From the IMG/VR virus record IMGVR_UViG_3300042290_000327, positions 32,001 to 96,000 of that record: a stretch of 64,000 nt of DNA; one strand, given 5' to 3'. Below are positions 1-9,539 of the stretch, in pieces. Origin of the DNA: a virus. Under the pieces are notes generated by a model that was not told the DNA's origin, ran no database searches, and saw only the letters and a list, made by a program, of their open reading frames with translations. Position 1 is the first letter of the stretch. Every line of letters begins with the position of its first letter. The translations under genes were made by a program, and so were the position numbers.

Positions 1-266
1 TAGGACCCGAATTATTCTTACTATCTTCTATAAGAACACACTATTTTAATTTAGATGACTTTGAAGGCGCATTAGATATTTGGTACTGGGATAATTTCAA
101 CCTTAGTGCATACTACGGCTCTTCAGTAAAATATAAACTGACTGACAAATTTATGTTCGGGACTAAACTTAGAAGCTGCTACACCTACTCTCCTTCAGAT
201 AAAACTATTGGGTTTCGTAAGGCAACTCCCTATATACTTTCAATAGGTTGTAATTATGATTTTTAA
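1..266 (+). CDS. 3' end of a probable outer-membrane beta-barrel protein (partial)
   Basis: Frame starting at nt 3 is open to TAA at 264-266 (GPELFLLSSIRTHYF...KYKLTDKFMFGTKL...PYILSIGCNYDF*). It has amphipathic strands and ends in a Y-x-F beta-signal. Not in the ORF track. Confidence 0.55.
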   Translation, partial: GPELFLLSSIRTHYFNLDDFEGALDIWYWDNFNLSAYYGSSVKYKLTDKFMFGTKLRSCYTYSPSDKTIGFRKATPYILSIGCNYDF

Positions 267-1245
267 ATTGAAAATACTACTCCTACTGATTCTACCTCTA
301 TCTCTGATAGGGCAAACATTTACCCACTCAGGTACTATCAGAACTGATGCAGGAGCCGGAATACCAGGAGTAACAGTCAAACTTTACAAGAGAGTTACAC
401 CTACTATTACAGGATTTACAAATCAGCAGAATTACAACGGCCACTCCTACTATAGGTCAACAGGTTCAGCATTTTGGTTAACAGCCAAAGCTGCTTGTGA
501 GAATATGGGTGGACACCTAGTAACAGTAACTTCGGCAGCTGAAAATAGCTTTATTTTTAATCTATGGCCATCCGGCTGGATTGGACTAACAGACGAAGTA
601 ACGGAAGGACAATGGAGATGGGTAACAGGAGAACCTTATTCATATTCTTCTTGGAATCCTGGAGAGCCAAACAACGCAGGTAATGAAGACTACGTTCAGT
701 TTGTTGGTAGTGGTAGATGGAATGACCTACCAAACAACCAGAGTTTACCTTACGTACTAGAGTTTGAATACATAGTTACAACAACAGCCTGGGCTGTGGA
801 TGCAACATCAATCACAAATGCTAATGGACAATACTCTTTCAGCCGCCCAACCAATCCTTCAGTGGAATGGTACATTGAAGTAGTAGTGCCTACAGTCTCT
901 TCTAATTTATCTACCGCAGACTTTGATGGACCCGGTGATGTGGTGTTAGGAAAGACAGCATTAAAGCCTTTCCATTACCATAAGTACGATTTGAATAATG
1001 ACAGCAAGCTCACAGTAGGAGATATTTGTTGGATAGCAGATGTAATAAACGGAGCACCTTTTATAAAAAATACTCTACTCTTTACAAACTCACAATGGAC
1101 TAGCTTGAACACAGGGACGGCTGATCTCAGAAGCACCATCCCAGGTACCACCGGTGCATTTACCTTCACACCAACCTCAGGAGGAACAAACAACTTCTAT
1201 TTATTATCATCTGGATATTACAACCAAGCTACCCTCCAATACTAA
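256..1245 (+). CDS. Secreted protein: signal peptide, SdrB/CarboxypepD-like beta-sandwich interrupted by a C-type lectin domain, dockerin-like motif
   Basis: Hydrophobic N-terminus; CTLD motifs AKAACENMGGHLV, WIGLTD, W..GEPNN..EDY, WNDL; DLNNDSKLTVGD resembles a dockerin/EF-hand loop. Confidence 0.75.
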   Translation: MIFKLKILLLLILPLSLIGQTFTHSGTIRTDAGAGIPGVTVKLYKRVTPTITGFTNQQNYNGHSYYRSTGSAFWLTAKAACENMGGHLVTVTSAAENSFIFNLWPSGWIGLTDEVTEGQWRWVTGEPYSYSSWNPGEPNNAGNEDYVQFVGSGRWNDLPNNQSLPYVLEFEYIVTTTAWAVDATSITNANGQYSFSRPTNPSVEWYIEVVVPTVSSNLSTADFDGPGDVVLGKTALKPFHYHKYDLNNDSKLTVGDICWIADVINGAPFIKNTLLFTNSQWTSLNTGTADLRSTIPGTTGAFTFTPTSGGTNNFYLLSSGYYNQATLQY

Positions 1246-1254
1246 TTTACTATT

Positions 1255-1677
1255 ATGATAAATCCAATCCTTGCCATGTGCTTCTACGTAGCTAGCGTAA
1301 CTTCGAATGCTAACCTAGCCGGTATCGACAATCAAAAATTTACTTTCGGACTAAGACAGATCACCGAGGACGTTCTCAATGAAAGAGGTAATCCTTTGTG
1401 CGACCAAAGCGATAAAAATGCTAGCCCGGTTTACGTTACGGTGACTGAAATTAAAGCACCTACTCAAGGTATCAGAGTAGGACCTTTTGAGTTTAAGCAG
1501 AAGAAAACAATCGTTGAAGTAGATATCGCAATAGGTTCGACAGTCCACCACGGAGTAGGTAGAGCTAATACAAACGTTGCTGCTACGCTAATGCAGCTCC
1601 AGGATGAGACTCTTGCATTCGAAAGAACAGAATTTTCAGTAGCTGTTAAGAAAGCTATCGTTGACGCCCTAAAGTAG
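1255..1677 (+). CDS. Hypothetical exported protein, weak CsgG/TolB-N-like alpha/beta pattern
   Basis: 140-aa ORF in the operon; pattern GLRQITEDVL...VEVDI..G.G.A...AVKKAI. Confidence 0.4.
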   Translation: MINPILAMCFYVASVTSNANLAGIDNQKFTFGLRQITEDVLNERGNPLCDQSDKNASPVYVTVTEIKAPTQGIRVGPFEFKQKKTIVEVDIAIGSTVHHGVGRANTNVAATLMQLQDETLAFERTEFSVAVKKAIVDALK

Positions 1678-1679
1678 GT

Positions 1680-1688
1680 CTATTTATA
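1680..1688 (+). promoter_or_regulatory. Putative late promoter CTATTTATA
   Basis: Same 9-mer recurs shortly upstream of start codons at 3061, 5514, 20096, 24856, 27288, 37182, 41024, 43257, 57606 and 62510. Confidence 0.65.
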
Positions 1689-1754
1689 TCAAAGGGTTGC
1701 CGTAAATTGTTTTCTTAATTAGTTCTACAAGTTTAACTTTTTAAATAAAAATTT

Positions 1755-1997
1755 ATGGCATTTTGGGACATTTTTAAAGATAAAAATGACTTCAACGAGA
1801 AGACAATCGTTGGCTTTTTATCATTCTCGGTGATGGCTATCTTCGCAGGAGCAGACATAGTAACAGGTATTTTAGGTAACCAACTGGTAATCAGCGATAC
1901 AATCTTTAATTCATTTGTAATGATTACGCTAGGTGCATTTGGTATTGCAGAGGCAGGAAAGATTTTCGGAGGAAAGAAAGAAGAGAATAACGATTAA
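1755..1997 (+). CDS. Small two-TM membrane protein, holin-like
   Basis: Two hydrophobic helices, charged C-terminal tail, directly upstream of the endolysin. Confidence 0.55.
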   Translation: MAFWDIFKDKNDFNEKTIVGFLSFSVMAIFAGADIVTGILGNQLVISDTIFNSFVMITLGAFGIAEAGKIFGGKKEENND

Positions 1998-2007
1998 AAA
2001 TTAGATT

Positions 2008-2619
2008 ATGAGCTTAAAAAGTTTACAAGAGAAGATGGGTATAGCTGCTGACGGCGCTTTTGGTCCCGGAACAATGAAGAAAGCAATGGAGTTTTATAAG
2101 TTGACTCCAGTGAGAGCAGCTCACTTCTTCGCTCAAACAGCCCACGAAACAGGAGGCTTCAAAGCATTTTCAGAGAACCTAAACTACTCCGCCCAAGGCC
2201 TGCAAGGTATCTTCGGCAAGTACTTCCCCGGTAACCTCGAAGAGTCTTACGCCCGCCAGCCTGAAAAGATTGCAAACCGAGTCTACGCCGACAGGATGGG
2301 CAACGGAGCTGAAGCATCAGGAGATGGATACAAGTTCAGAGGCAGAGGAGCTCTTCAGTTGACTGGTAAAGCCAACTACGAAGCATTTGCAAAGTACTTA
2401 GGCAATGACGAGGTCTTGACTAACCCTGATACGGTTGCAACTAAGTATGCTTTCGAATCAGCTATGTTTTTCTTTGAAAGAAATAAGCTATGGACTATCT
2501 GTGATAAGGGCATCAACGATGCAGCTATCCTAGAGCTCACCAAGCGCATCAACGGCGGTACTCACGGACTTGAAGACAGAAATGCCAAGACCAAGAAGTA
2601 CTTCGAGTACGTAAAGTAA
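2008..2619 (+). CDS. Endolysin, glycoside hydrolase family 19, with a short N-terminal PG-binding motif
   Basis: ADGAFGPGT, AHFFAQTAHETGGF, ENLNYS, FRGRGALQLTG, TKRINGGTHGLEDR. Confidence 0.9.
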   Translation: MSLKSLQEKMGIAADGAFGPGTMKKAMEFYKLTPVRAAHFFAQTAHETGGFKAFSENLNYSAQGLQGIFGKYFPGNLEESYARQPEKIANRVYADRMGNGAEASGDGYKFRGRGALQLTGKANYEAFAKYLGNDEVLTNPDTVATKYAFESAMFFFERNKLWTICDKGINDAAILELTKRINGGTHGLEDRNAKTKKYFEYVK

Positions 2620-3035
2620 TGAAACAAACTGCCATCTTTCTTTCCATCACCACTTCTCTTTCATTCGGCTGCTCTTATTTTCTAGAGCTGACAATGGGTA
2701 ATTTTGAGCAGTATCTTGCTCTGATTGCTGTAGTGTTTGTGGATGGGTTCTTCGGAATTATAGCCGGGATCAAGAGAGAGGGCTTCAAGACCTTTAAGGC
2801 TGTGAAGGTGCTGCAGAGAGCAATAACTTGGGTGGTGCTGCTGACTGTCATACTGATGGTAGAGAAAGGATTTGCAGGTACCAGTTGGTTATCTGAAACC
2901 ATTATCGTACCTTTCATACTTCTACAGCTTATAAGTGCTCTTAAGAATGCTTCGATGTCAGGCTACATTCAGATAGGGGATCTAAATAAGATCTTAGATC
3001 GAATAGATCCTCACAAAGGAGAAAGAAAAGAATAA
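2619..3035 (+). CDS. Phage holin (holin_4-like)
   Basis: Three to four TM segments, D...GI..G, SALKNA..G motif; overlaps the endolysin stop codon. Confidence 0.7.
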   Translation: MKQTAIFLSITTSLSFGCSYFLELTMGNFEQYLALIAVVFVDGFFGIIAGIKREGFKTFKAVKVLQRAITWVVLLTVILMVEKGFAGTSWLSETIIVPFILLQLISALKNASMSGYIQIGDLNKILDRIDPHKGERKE

Positions 3036-3040
3036 AAGAT

Positions 3041-3060
3041 AAGGCCCTTACGGGCTTTTT
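3041..3060 (+). terminator. Intrinsic terminator
   Basis: AAGGCCC-TTAC-GGGCTTT followed by a T run, after the lysis genes. Confidence 0.7.
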
Positions 3061-3073
3061 CTATTTATAATAT

Positions 3074-4171
3074 ATGCAGAAGTTAAAGCCATACCTCTTC
3101 CCAATACTTGTAGGACTATCAGCACTATCAGTCTCTGCATCCGCTGCATTTTATTCTGTTAGTGGATTAACTAAGTTATTTGCTGGCGCCGCTCTAGAAG
3201 TAGCAATCATGGCCGGCTCTCTCGAAGTAGCTAAACTAGTAACAGCTTCTTTATTATACCAGTATTGGGATAAATTAAATAAAGGGCTGCGAACATACCT
3301 TGCAGTTGCTACTGTAGTGCTTATTATTATAACTTCTATGGGCATCTACGGCTTCTTATCAGCCGCTTATCAAGAAACAGCTAACAAAGCCAGCAATATT
3401 GACGCTAAAATTGCCCTTATAGAGACAAAGAGGGATAACATAAAGGAGCAGCTAGCAGTATATGCCTCTGAAAAAGAGTCTATCAACAGAGCGGTGAGTG
3501 ATTTAAGAGCAGGACTAGCTAACAATGTTATACGATATAAGGATAAAGACGGGAACCTTATTACTACTACATCTTCTGCTACTAGAACAGCTTTAGAAAA
3601 ACAGTTAGACCAGGCTATAGGGAGACAAGCTGCAATTAACGCTAAGGTAGATAAGTTTAACGATCAACTTTTTACATATGAAACTGATATAGTAAGTACT
3701 AATACCGGTAATGAGACAGCCGGGGAGCTAGGCCCATTAAAGTATCTATCAGGATTAACAGGAGTACCGATGGATAAGATTATAAATGCTTTGCTTTTAA
3801 TTATAATTTTTGTATTTGATCCCCTAGCAATTTCACTAGTAGTAGCAGCTAATTTTGCATTTACCCAGATTAAATTAAAGATTAAAGAAGAGGAGGAAGT
3901 ACCTGAAAGTCTTCCTATATTAGAAGGAGAAAGTATTCAAGAACTACACCAAGAAGACCTAGCTATAGAACAGCCACCAGCTGCCCCTTCTAAAACATAC
4001 TCAGGAGACAGTTATCAAAAATTAGCTCGACAACCCGGTCACTATTACAAAGACATGAAAATTGAGAAAGTAGTAAATAAGGCTGGACGTACTTGGGATA
4101 TTGTTGTAGGAGATAAGAGATACAAGATAGATAAAAGAGATATAGAAATAGTAAGTAGGCTCAAAGAATAG
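3074..4171 (+). CDS. Membrane-anchored coiled-coil protein of large phages
   Basis: Three N-terminal TM helices (SV.GL..LF.GA, GSLEVAKLV, TSMGIYGFLS), long coiled coil, GPLKYLS and IIFVFDPLA TM segment. Confidence 0.6.
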   Translation: MQKLKPYLFPILVGLSALSVSASAAFYSVSGLTKLFAGAALEVAIMAGSLEVAKLVTASLLYQYWDKLNKGLRTYLAVATVVLIIITSMGIYGFLSAAYQETANKASNIDAKIALIETKRDNIKEQLAVYASEKESINRAVSDLRAGLANNVIRYKDKDGNLITTTSSATRTALEKQLDQAIGRQAAINAKVDKFNDQLFTYETDIVSTNTGNETAGELGPLKYLSGLTGVPMDKIINALLLIIIFVFDPLAISLVVAANFAFTQIKLKIKEEEEVPESLPILEGESIQELHQEDLAIEQPPAAPSKTYSGDSYQKLARQPGHYYKDMKIEKVVNKAGRTWDIVVGDKRYKIDKRDIEIVSRLKE

Positions 4172-4209
4172 TTGAACTTCTAAGCAAAAGTTCGTATATT
4201 AAGGTTATG
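4171..4209 (+). promoter_or_regulatory. Early/middle Bacteroidota-type promoter
   Basis: GTTG-N20-TATATTAA-GGTTATG, same spacing as the array copies. Confidence 0.65.
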
Positions 4210-4566
4210 AATGATAAGAAAGTTACTGCTCAAGCGAGCGCCGTTGAGATTCTAAAGAAAGAATACCCGACCATCTATAACGGATATACTCAGATCCAGC
4301 AAGAGCAACTAGAACTCTTTGCTAAGAAGCACCTTGATTACGGGATGCATAACATCACTGCAGGCACCCAGCTCGCTACTGAAGATGAGATTGGCTTTGC
4401 TCTGACCGGGCTCTGGTATCGGATCTCCGATAAAGTAAGCCGATGGAAGAATCTGCTTATTAATCGACGAAGTGTTCAGAACGAATCCTTGATGGATACT
4501 TACCAGGACCTGGCTAACTACGGCATCATAGCTCAGTTAGTAGCTAGGGGGATGTGGAAGAAGTAA
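4207..4566 (+). CDS. DUF1599 / nucleotide-modification-associated domain protein
   Basis: F.KKH.DYG..NI, R..DK..R..NL, ES..DTY.DLANYGII. Confidence 0.75.
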   Translation: MNDKKVTAQASAVEILKKEYPTIYNGYTQIQQEQLELFAKKHLDYGMHNITAGTQLATEDEIGFALTGLWYRISDKVSRWKNLLINRRSVQNESLMDTYQDLANYGIIAQLVARGMWKK

Positions 4567-4567
4567 G

Positions 4568-5506
4568 ATGGCAAAAAAGAAACTTCCTAAGGAGGTAAGC
4601 CTGGTTCGTGAATATGAAGTAGAGAAGTACGACACGAAGGAGAATAAAAACATCTCCTACAGTCAATACTCAATCTACAGTACGTGTCCACATCAGTGGT
4701 ACCTTTCGTATCCGAAAAAGCTAGCACCTTATACTCCTAGCATCCATACTGTCTTCGGGACTGCACTTCATGAGACAGTCCAGAACTGGCTTGATGTACT
4801 TTTTAATGAGTCCGTGAAAGCTTCTAATGAGATCGATCTACCGGCCTATCTTATGGACCGGTTAAAGAAGACTTACAAGAAGGAGAGGTTTAGTAACGGA
4901 AACAAAGACTTCACCACTCCAGCTCAGCTCCAGGAATTCCACAACGACGGAATAGCGATACTAGACTACCTAAAAAAGAAACGAGCTATCTACTTTAGCA
5001 CCAAGGGCACATACTTAGTAGGGGTAGAGATTCCGCTTATCCAGAAGCTTAAACCCGGGCTATACTTCAAAGCCTACCTGGACTTAGTCTTCTTTAACGA
5101 AGTTACAGGAAAGTATTTGATATTAGATATCAAGACTTCGACCAAGGGATGGAGTGACTATGAGAAGAAAAGCGATACTAAGATCTCTCAGATTCTATTC
5201 TATAAAGAATTCTTCGCCCAGCAGTTCGGTACTGATGTAGATAGCATCAACGTAGAATTTTTTATCGTTAGAAGGAAAATATTTGAAGGAGGGGAGTTCG
5301 TACCTAAGAGGGTGCAGCAATTCCGACCTGCTTCAGGAAAGATCAAAAGAGGACAGGTGATGTCTGGTTTGAATAGGTTTGTGGAGGAAGCCTTTAATAA
5401 CTCCGGTGAATATATAGAAAAAGATTTTACTAAGAACGCATCAAAGAACAACTGTAGATTCTGTCCATTTAACAAAAGCCCTCTCTGCAATGCAGCTATT
5501 CTGTAG
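4568..5506 (+). CDS. PD-(D/E)xK Cas4/AddB-like nuclease
   Basis: ISYSQ..TCP, FGTALHE, D-L..ILDIKTS, Q..FY, C-terminal CRFCPF...C (Fe-S ligand pattern). Confidence 0.8.
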   Translation: MAKKKLPKEVSLVREYEVEKYDTKENKNISYSQYSIYSTCPHQWYLSYPKKLAPYTPSIHTVFGTALHETVQNWLDVLFNESVKASNEIDLPAYLMDRLKKTYKKERFSNGNKDFTTPAQLQEFHNDGIAILDYLKKKRAIYFSTKGTYLVGVEIPLIQKLKPGLYFKAYLDLVFFNEVTGKYLILDIKTSTKGWSDYEKKSDTKISQILFYKEFFAQQFGTDVDSINVEFFIVRRKIFEGGEFVPKRVQQFRPASGKIKRGQVMSGLNRFVEEAFNNSGEYIEKDFTKNASKNNCRFCPFNKSPLCNAAIL

Positions 5507-5513
5507 CCACAGC

Positions 5514-5522
5514 CTATTTATA
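5514..5522 (+). promoter_or_regulatory. Putative late promoter at the head of the glycan cluster
   Basis: CTATTTATA about 24 nt before ATG 5546. Confidence 0.6.
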
Positions 5523-5545
5523 TATGTATATATAAAACAAAGGCT

Positions 5546-5728
5546 ATGGACAACAAAAAGCTGACAAGCGTCAAAGTAGAGCAGCAGTTATTCGATGAGT
5601 TTAAAGTTCAATGCGTACGCTATAAATTTTCATTCCAAAAGTTGGCAGATAGAGCGATCTTTTTCTATCTTACGGATGATACGTTTAGAAACAAAGTACA
5701 TAATCAGAACGATTTAAACATAAAATAA
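5546..5728 (+). CDS. Small ribbon-helix-helix-like DNA-binding protein
   Basis: LTSVKV strand followed by two helices (LFDEFK..C; FQKLADRAI). Confidence 0.5.
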   Translation: MDNKKLTSVKVEQQLFDEFKVQCVRYKFSFQKLADRAIFFYLTDDTFRNKVHNQNDLNIK

Positions 5729-7173
5729 TGCAAGACAAATTTGGTTATATTGAGCAGAAAAATCGAAAGAAGATTCTTCTGCTATGTGATGATATAAGGC
5801 TGCACTCCGGAGTCGCTACTATGGCGAGAGAGATTGTAGTAGGTACCTCCCACCACTTTAACTGGGTGAATCTAGGAGGGGCGATGAAGCACCCTGACGA
5901 GAAGAAAGCTTTCGACCTCTCTGAAGATGTAAACAAACAGAATGGAATTCAGGATGCTAGTGTTAAGCTTTATGCAACATCCGGTTACGGGACAGCTGAC
6001 ATAGTCAGGGAACTTATCAGGACTGAGAAGCCAGATGCAATACTGCACTTCACCGATCCCAGGTACTGGACTTGGTTGTATGATATCGAAAGAGAGATCA
6101 GGCAACAAATTCCTTTGCTGTACTTGAATATCTGGGACGATTATCCGGCTCCGCTATACAATAAGGCTTACTACGAGTGCTGTGACTTGCTGATGGGAAT
6201 CTCTAAGCAGACTACCAACATTAATAAGCTTGTATTAGAAGAAGCTGCTGGTAAGAAAATTATTGAATATGTTCCTCACGGCATCAATCAAAAGTATTTC
6301 TTTCCTATCACTCCTGAGTATAAGAACTTTGACAAGTATCAGGAGTTTAGAAAGACTATCTTTGAAGGCAAAGAGATCGACTATGTAGTGTTCTGGAACT
6401 CTAGAAATATTAGACGTAAGTCACCCGGTGATGTTATATTAGCCTACCGAAACTTCTGCGATAAGATTGGTGTTGAGAAAGCTAAGAAGTGTGCTCTGAT
6501 AATGCATACCCAGCCCGTGGACGAAAATGGAACTGATCTATATGCCGTAAGAGAGGCTGTATGCGACTCATCATACGTGAATGTATTCTTCTCTCAGGAA
6601 AGACTCGGTACCGAATCAATGAACTGGCTTTATAATCTAGCCGACGTCACTGTGCTGATCTCTTCTAACGAAGGTTGGGGTTTAAGTCTGACTGAATCTA
6701 TGATGGCCGGGACTATGATCATCGGTAATGTTACCGGTGGGATGCAAGATCAGATGAGGTTTGTTGATCACAAAGGTGAATGGTATACTCCTTCATTTGA
6801 AGTACCTTCCAACCATATGGGGACTTATAAGGAGCATGGTGAGTGGGTAGTACCAGTCTTCCCTTCTAACATTTCACTAGTAGGTTCAGTTCCGACTCCC
6901 TACATCTTCGATGATAGATGTGACTTTAGAGATGTAACGGATGCTATCCTCAAGGTCTATGAGATGTCAAGCCAGGAGAGGCAGAGCAGAGGAGCAGCCG
7001 GCCGAGAGTGGGCTCTATCAGAAGAATCAATGATGTCAGCTGATAACATGGGTAGAAATATTATTAAGTATATTGATAGGACTTTTCAGGAGTTTACTCC
7101 TCGTACCAGCTACGATATCATTAAGGTAAAGGATGTAGAAAAAAAATATGTTAAACACCCAATAGTCTACTAA
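5728..7173 (+). CDS. Glycosyltransferase, GT-B fold (GT4-like)
   Basis: SGVATMARE, VPHGI, RNIRRK, EGWGLSLTESM..G, TGGMQDQ. Confidence 0.85.
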   Translation: MQDKFGYIEQKNRKKILLLCDDIRLHSGVATMAREIVVGTSHHFNWVNLGGAMKHPDEKKAFDLSEDVNKQNGIQDASVKLYATSGYGTADIVRELIRTEKPDAILHFTDPRYWTWLYDIEREIRQQIPLLYLNIWDDYPAPLYNKAYYECCDLLMGISKQTTNINKLVLEEAAGKKIIEYVPHGINQKYFFPITPEYKNFDKYQEFRKTIFEGKEIDYVVFWNSRNIRRKSPGDVILAYRNFCDKIGVEKAKKCALIMHTQPVDENGTDLYAVREAVCDSSYVNVFFSQERLGTESMNWLYNLADVTVLISSNEGWGLSLTESMMAGTMIIGNVTGGMQDQMRFVDHKGEWYTPSFEVPSNHMGTYKEHGEWVVPVFPSNISLVGSVPTPYIFDDRCDFRDVTDAILKVYEMSSQERQSRGAAGREWALSEESMMSADNMGRNIIKYIDRTFQEFTPRTSYDIIKVKDVEKKYVKHPIVY

Positions 7174-8483
7174 TGGATAAAATTTCAGTTATAGTTAGCT
7201 GCCCGATCGATACTTACAGCGGTTACGGTGGGCGGTCAAGAGATCTCGTTAAGGCTCTTCTTAAGTCAGGTAAGTACGATGTTAAGATTTTAGGTCAGCG
7301 CTGGGGCAGTACTCGATTCGGATATCTCAAAGAGCATTCCGAGCATGAGCTCGCTTCCCTTATAGTACCTTCGATTACAAGGAAACCTAACCTTTGGATT
7401 CAGATTACAGTACCTAACGAATTCCAGGTAGTAGGAGATTATAATATCGGTATCACAGCCGGTATTGAAACCACTGTTTGTGATCCTAGTTGGATTGAAG
7501 GTTTGAATAGGATGGACCTTAACTTGGTGTCATCTGAGCATTCTAAAGAAACCTTTCAACGGTCTCAGTTTAACATTGAAGAGAACGGCAAAGTCAAAGG
7601 ACAGGTGAAGTTACAAAAACCTGTTGAGGTATTATTTGAAGGAGCTGATCTCACTAAGTACCTCCCGACCACTTCAAAGTTTAACCTCGAAAGCATTCAG
7701 GAAGAGTTCGCCTACCTATTTGTAGGACATTGGCTACAAGGTAACGTAGGTCAAGACAGAAAGAATGTAGGGTATATGGTTAAAATTTTCTTAGAAGTAT
7801 TTAAGAATAAAAAAAAGCAACCTGCTCTAATTTTAAAGACTCAGTCAGCTAATGCCTCTATCCTTGATAGGGATCAGCTGCTGCAAAAAATTGATGCTAT
7901 AAGAAAGACCGTTAAAGGTTCACTACCTAACATCTATATAATCCACGGGGAGATGTCCGATCAGGAGATTAACCATCTCTACAATCACCCTAAAGTAAAA
8001 GCAATGATTAGCTTCACAAAGGGAGAAGGCTTCGGAAGACCTCTACTAGAGTTCAGTTTAATTAACAAACCTATTATTGCCTGCAACTGGTCCGGTCATG
8101 TTGACTTCCTGGATAAGGAATTTTGCTATCTAGTCAACGGAACCTTAACCAATGTTGATAAGAGCGCTGCAGTAGATAAGATGCTTTTAAAAGAATCTCA
8201 ATGGTTTACCCCTAACGATTCTGAAGCAGCTACCGCTCTCCGACTTGTCTTTGAAGACTATAAAAAGTACGCAGAGCTGGCTAAAAGACAGGGTTATAAG
8301 TCTCGTACAAGCTTTAGCTGGGAGAAGATGGCAGAGCAATTAGATACAATTCTAACAGCTAATCTCCCCACCTTCACCAAGCAGGTAGAGCTCAAGCTTC
8401 CTACTTTGAATCTTCCTAAACTGCAGAAAGTAGATGAACTGCCAGAACTTAAACTACCTAAACTAAAAAAAATAAATGGATAA
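7173..8483 (+). CDS. Glycosyltransferase, GT-B fold (GT4-like)
   Basis: SGYG..SRD, DRKNV, KGEGFGRPLLE, SGHVDF; low-complexity LKLP repeats at the C-terminus. Confidence 0.85.
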   Translation: MDKISVIVSCPIDTYSGYGGRSRDLVKALLKSGKYDVKILGQRWGSTRFGYLKEHSEHELASLIVPSITRKPNLWIQITVPNEFQVVGDYNIGITAGIETTVCDPSWIEGLNRMDLNLVSSEHSKETFQRSQFNIEENGKVKGQVKLQKPVEVLFEGADLTKYLPTTSKFNLESIQEEFAYLFVGHWLQGNVGQDRKNVGYMVKIFLEVFKNKKKQPALILKTQSANASILDRDQLLQKIDAIRKTVKGSLPNIYIIHGEMSDQEINHLYNHPKVKAMISFTKGEGFGRPLLEFSLINKPIIACNWSGHVDFLDKEFCYLVNGTLTNVDKSAAVDKMLLKESQWFTPNDSEAATALRLVFEDYKKYAELAKRQGYKSRTSFSWEKMAEQLDTILTANLPTFTKQVELKLPTLNLPKLQKVDELPELKLPKLKKING

Positions 8484-8913
8484 GTTAACCGATTGCAAGA
8501 GATGTGGCTCCAATGCCTGCTACGAACAGCACGTCACCGACAAGCTAACGACGTGGCTTTGTATGGGGTGCGGGTTCACAACCTCAACAGTTATGACTGA
8601 AGGCAGTCAAGCTACTACGAATGCTTTAGAATCTTCTCCAGAGCTCTACAAAGACCTCCTTCATAAAGACCAGGACGGGAACATCTGGATGCCTGCTACG
8701 GTGACATTGCCGGGTAGAGGGATGGTTTTCATAGACGGAACTACTAAGGAGAACTGGGTATGGACTGCTGTTAAAGCTATTGAGATTCTAAAAGAGGAAC
8801 AGCACAAGTACCCTGAAGGTCAGACCCATAAAATGGATATGAAAGGAGCCCGGAACTTCAAGCAAAGAGACTTTATGGATGCTCTAGAGGTAATTGAGTT
8901 TTACGCAATGTAA
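8476..8913 (+). CDS. Zinc-ribbon protein
   Basis: CKRC and CMGC pairs. Confidence 0.5.
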   Translation: MDKLTDCKRCGSNACYEQHVTDKLTTWLCMGCGFTTSTVMTEGSQATTNALESSPELYKDLLHKDQDGNIWMPATVTLPGRGMVFIDGTTKENWVWTAVKAIEILKEEQHKYPEGQTHKMDMKGARNFKQRDFMDALEVIEFYAM

Positions 8914-9539
8914 TGAAAATTAGTTATGCTGTAACGGTTTGTAATGAGCTTGTAGAGATACAGCGGCTACTCCCTTACCTGATTGAAAATAAGAGGAAAG
9001 AAGATGAGATAGTTATCTTCTATGATTCCAATAATGGAAGTAAGTCAGTTGATGAGTACTTAAGAAGCTTATCTTCTAATACCTTTGCTCCATTCCGCTC
9101 TATACATTACCACTTCGATGGGCATTTTGCTAATATGAAGAACGCTTTGACGGAAGCCTGTCTAGGAGATTACATATTTCAGATCGATGCTGACGAAGTA
9201 CCTAACCTACACTTACTTCAATACCTCCCCACCCTACTAGAGGCTAATGAAATAGAAGTACTAAGGGTACCTAGAGTCAATACAGTTCATGGACTAACTT
9301 CGGAACATACCCGGAAGTGGGGATGGACTGTTGACAATCACGGAAGGGTTAACTGGCCCGACCTCCAATGGAGGATCTATGCCAACAATGGAAAGATTAA
9401 ATGGAAAAATAAAGTCCATGAAGTGTTGGAAGGATACCAAACTTACGCTATATTGCCTTTAGAGGTGGAGTATAGTCTGAGTCACCACAAGTATATTGAT
9501 AGGCAGGAGCGACAAAACGAATTTTACAGTACGTTATGA
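8913..9539 (+). CDS. Glycosyltransferase family 2
   Basis: ISYAVTVCNE, FQIDADE, W..KVHE. Confidence 0.85.
   Translation: MKISYAVTVCNELVEIQRLLPYLIENKRKEDEIVIFYDSNNGSKSVDEYLRSLSSNTFAPFRSIHYHFDGHFANMKNALTEACLGDYIFQIDADEVPNLHLLQYLPTLLEANEIEVLRVPRVNTVHGLTSEHTRKWGWTVDNHGRVNWPDLQWRIYANNGKIKWKNKVHEVLEGYQTYAILPLEVEYSLSHHKYIDRQERQNEFYSTL

Noticed and set aside
4568-5506. CRISPR-associated Cas4
   Set aside because: A stand-alone Cas4-like nuclease is common in phages; there is no cas1/cas2 or array in the window.
8380-8470. LKLP repeats at the end of the GT4 gene as a functional DNA repeat
   Set aside because: It is a degenerate protein-level low-complexity tail, with no exact DNA repeat.
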